From the NCBI GenBank assembly GCA_963833145.1, contig CAWHWT010000006.1, positions 33,221 through 97,220 on the forward strand: a stretch of DNA of 64,000 bases, read 5' to 3'. This document shows, piece after piece, positions 62,639 to 64,000 of the stretch; position 1 is the stretch's first letter; every line of letters begins with the position of its first letter. The notes under the pieces are model-generated. The model saw nothing but the letters and a program-made list of their open reading frames with translations. It was not told the origin of the DNA and did not search any database. The position numbers and the translations under genes are program-made. This stretch comes from an uncultured Acidimicrobiia bacterium (GTDB lineage: Bacteria > Actinomycetota > Acidimicrobiia > Acidimicrobiales > Ilumatobacteraceae).

Positions 62639-64000
62639 CTACTGCGGCTCGAGCTCGATGAGCGACACGCCCGGCATCGGCAGGCGGAACCGAAGCTCGA
62701 CGATGCCGTCCTGCGGCTCGACCGCCCGGGCCGGTTCGAAGTCGTCGAGGTCGTCCTGCTGCTGTAGCGTCCGCCACTCGGCCCCGTTCGGCCACGCCCG
62801 GCCGTCGGCGATGTCCGCCCACCTCGCGTTCAGGTTGGAGTGACCCTCGTCGAGGCGGCGGTGGCGGAGCCGGTACCGCCCGGCGGGGAGCTCCCCGACG
62901 ACGAGGTCGACGTCGCGGTCGAGGAGGGGATCACCGCCCGCCTTGGTCACGTCGACGGTCGCGTTCCAGACCACGATCGCCACTCGGCCGTCGCCGTCCG
63001 TGCTGGCGATGGAATTGATCATGTCACCTGCGCCGTCGCCGTCGACGGTGAGCGCGACCCGCTGGGGAAGCAGTTGTTCGAGCATCCACAACGCCCACCA
63101 CCGCGGCTTGCGCAGGTTGCCGAGGCTCAGCAGGCCGAAGCCGCCATGGAACAAGGCGGACGGCCGGCCGAGCTCCTCGAAGTGGTCCGAGACCGTCCAG
63201 TAGGCGACGGCGTCGGTGCGCCCCATCGCGCTCACCATGCCGCGCACGAGGTAGGCACCGCTCCAGACCGAGTCGTGGACACCGTCGAAGTGGGACGCGT
63301 GGGCGCCCCACTCGGTCCACCACAACGCCAGGTCGGGGCGGCCGTGGCGAGCGGCGATCGGCCGCAGGTCCAGGGGCGCGTTGCCGTACGTGTGGGTGGA
63401 CAGGAAGTCGATCGGCGCACCCGTGTCGGCCACGGCGTCGAGGAGCTCGTCGATCCACGCCGCCGCGGCCGACGCCGGACCGCCGACCGGCATGGTCACG
63501 TCGACGGACTTCACGGCGCGGGCGCTGACGTCGTAGAGCTGGAGGTACTCGGCTCGCGTGCCCGACCAGAACACGTCGAGGTTGGCCTCGTTCCAGATCT
63601 CGAAGCCCCATCCCCGGACCTCGTCCCGTCCGTAGCGCTCGACGAGGTGGGCGGTGAGATCGGCGACGAGCGACGCCCATCGTTCCCAGTCCTTCGGTGG
63701 GGAGACGATTGCCTCGTAGGCGAACACGGTCGCGTCGGGGTCGCGCGCGAGGTCGCGCGGCATGAAGCTGACCTCGACGATCGGGCGCAGCCCGAGCCCG
63801 ACCACGCGGTCGTAGATGCGGTCGATCCCGGTGAAGTCGTGGATCGCGCGACCGTCGACCTCGCGGTACGTGCCGAGCTCGTCGTGCAGGATGGCATGAG
63901 CCCGGACGCCCTCGACGCCGAGCTCGTCGTGAGCCAGCCGCAGCGCCTCGGCGAACTCGTCGCCGATGTTGCGGCCGCCGGGTCCGTCCCCGTACTCCAG
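62639..64000 (-). CDS. GH39-family beta-xylosidase-like glycoside hydrolase, 5' end outside window
   Basis: The frame is open from nt 64000 (LEYGDGPGGRNIGDEF..). Motifs: WGFEIWNEANL (acid/base region) and LWWTEWGA (nucleophile region), followed by a C-terminal beta-sandwich-like tail. Confidence 0.85.
   Translation of the reverse strand: MEYGDGPGGRNIGDEFAEALRLAHDELGVEGVRAHAILHDELGTYREVDGRAIHDFTGIDRIYDRVVGLGLRPIVEVSFMPRDLARDPDATVFAYEAIVSPPKDWERWASLVADLTAHLVERYGRDEVRGWGFEIWNEANLDVFWSGTRAEYLQLYDVSARAVKSVDVTMPVGGPASAAAAWIDELLDAVADTGAPIDFLSTHTYGNAPLDLRPIAARHGRPDLALWWTEWGAHASHFDGVHDSVWSGAYLVRGMVSAMGRTDAVAYWTVSDHFEELGRPSALFHGGFGLLSLGNLRKPRWWALWMLEQLLPQRVALTVDGDGAGDMINSIASTDGDGRVAIVVWNATVDVTKAGGDPLLDRDVDLVVGELPAGRYRLRHRRLDEGHSNLNARWADIADGRAWPNGAEWRTLQQQDDLDDFEPARAVEPQDGIVELRFRLPMPGVSLIELEPQ

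Noticed and set aside
1-64000. Search for rRNA, tRNA, CRISPR repeats, IS elements and integrases across the whole window.
   Set aside because: Reading both strands, I found no regularly spaced short repeats, no tRNA-like arms, and no transposase or integrase motifs (DDE, or tyrosine recombinase R..HxxR..Y). Absence by eye is not proof.

Overview
The window reads as a very GC-rich (roughly 70 percent by eye, not computed), gene-dense, actinobacterial-type chromosomal segment. It holds about 60 protein genes on both strands. I recognised no rRNA, tRNA, CRISPR array, transposase or integrase. Content from left to right: a mannoside-type sugar utilisation locus (two GH130 enzymes, an ABC importer, a secreted glycan-active protein); orphan regulators (two STAS proteins, two GAF-ANTAR paralogues, a NarL/LuxR response regulator); a membrane-stress cluster (Holin-X-like, DUF3618-like, DUF2254-like); a three-gene glycan operon (GDP-mannose 3,5-epimerase-like, NodZ/GT23-like, GT2); a cold-shock protein; lipid/redox genes including an orphan HypX/HoxX-like formyltransferase-crotonase fusion; a signalling block (zinc-ribbon-cyclase-STAND, LuxR-STAND, hydrolase-cyclase) with a VapBC pair; GTP-dependent PEP carboxykinase; and assorted redox and hydrolase genes ending in a partial GH39. 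The most interesting points in my reading are: (1) A translationally coupled micro-operon, present twice, encodes a 36-aa Lys-rich peptide plus a ~95-aa small protein. The two peptide copies differ at 9 of the first 30 codons, and every change is synonymous. (2) A DUF4157-type (HExxH) polymorphic-toxin-like protein carries an unassigned Lys-rich C-terminal domain. A GTGA overlap couples it to a small acidic candidate immunity gene, and it sits next to a gutted methyltransferase. (3) The GME-like/NodZ-like operon hints at an L-galactose-type rather than L-fucose glycan. (4) 153-bp direct repeats (the 3' end of a GAF-ANTAR gene) bracket 9.35 kb. (5) A 107-bp nested palindrome is built from four copies of a 12-mer. 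(6) At least seven +1 frame disruptions lie at or next to G/C runs, five of them clustered at 58.8-60.3 kb; these may be assembly error rather than biology. All family assignments come from motif recognition by eye. No database search or computation was possible.
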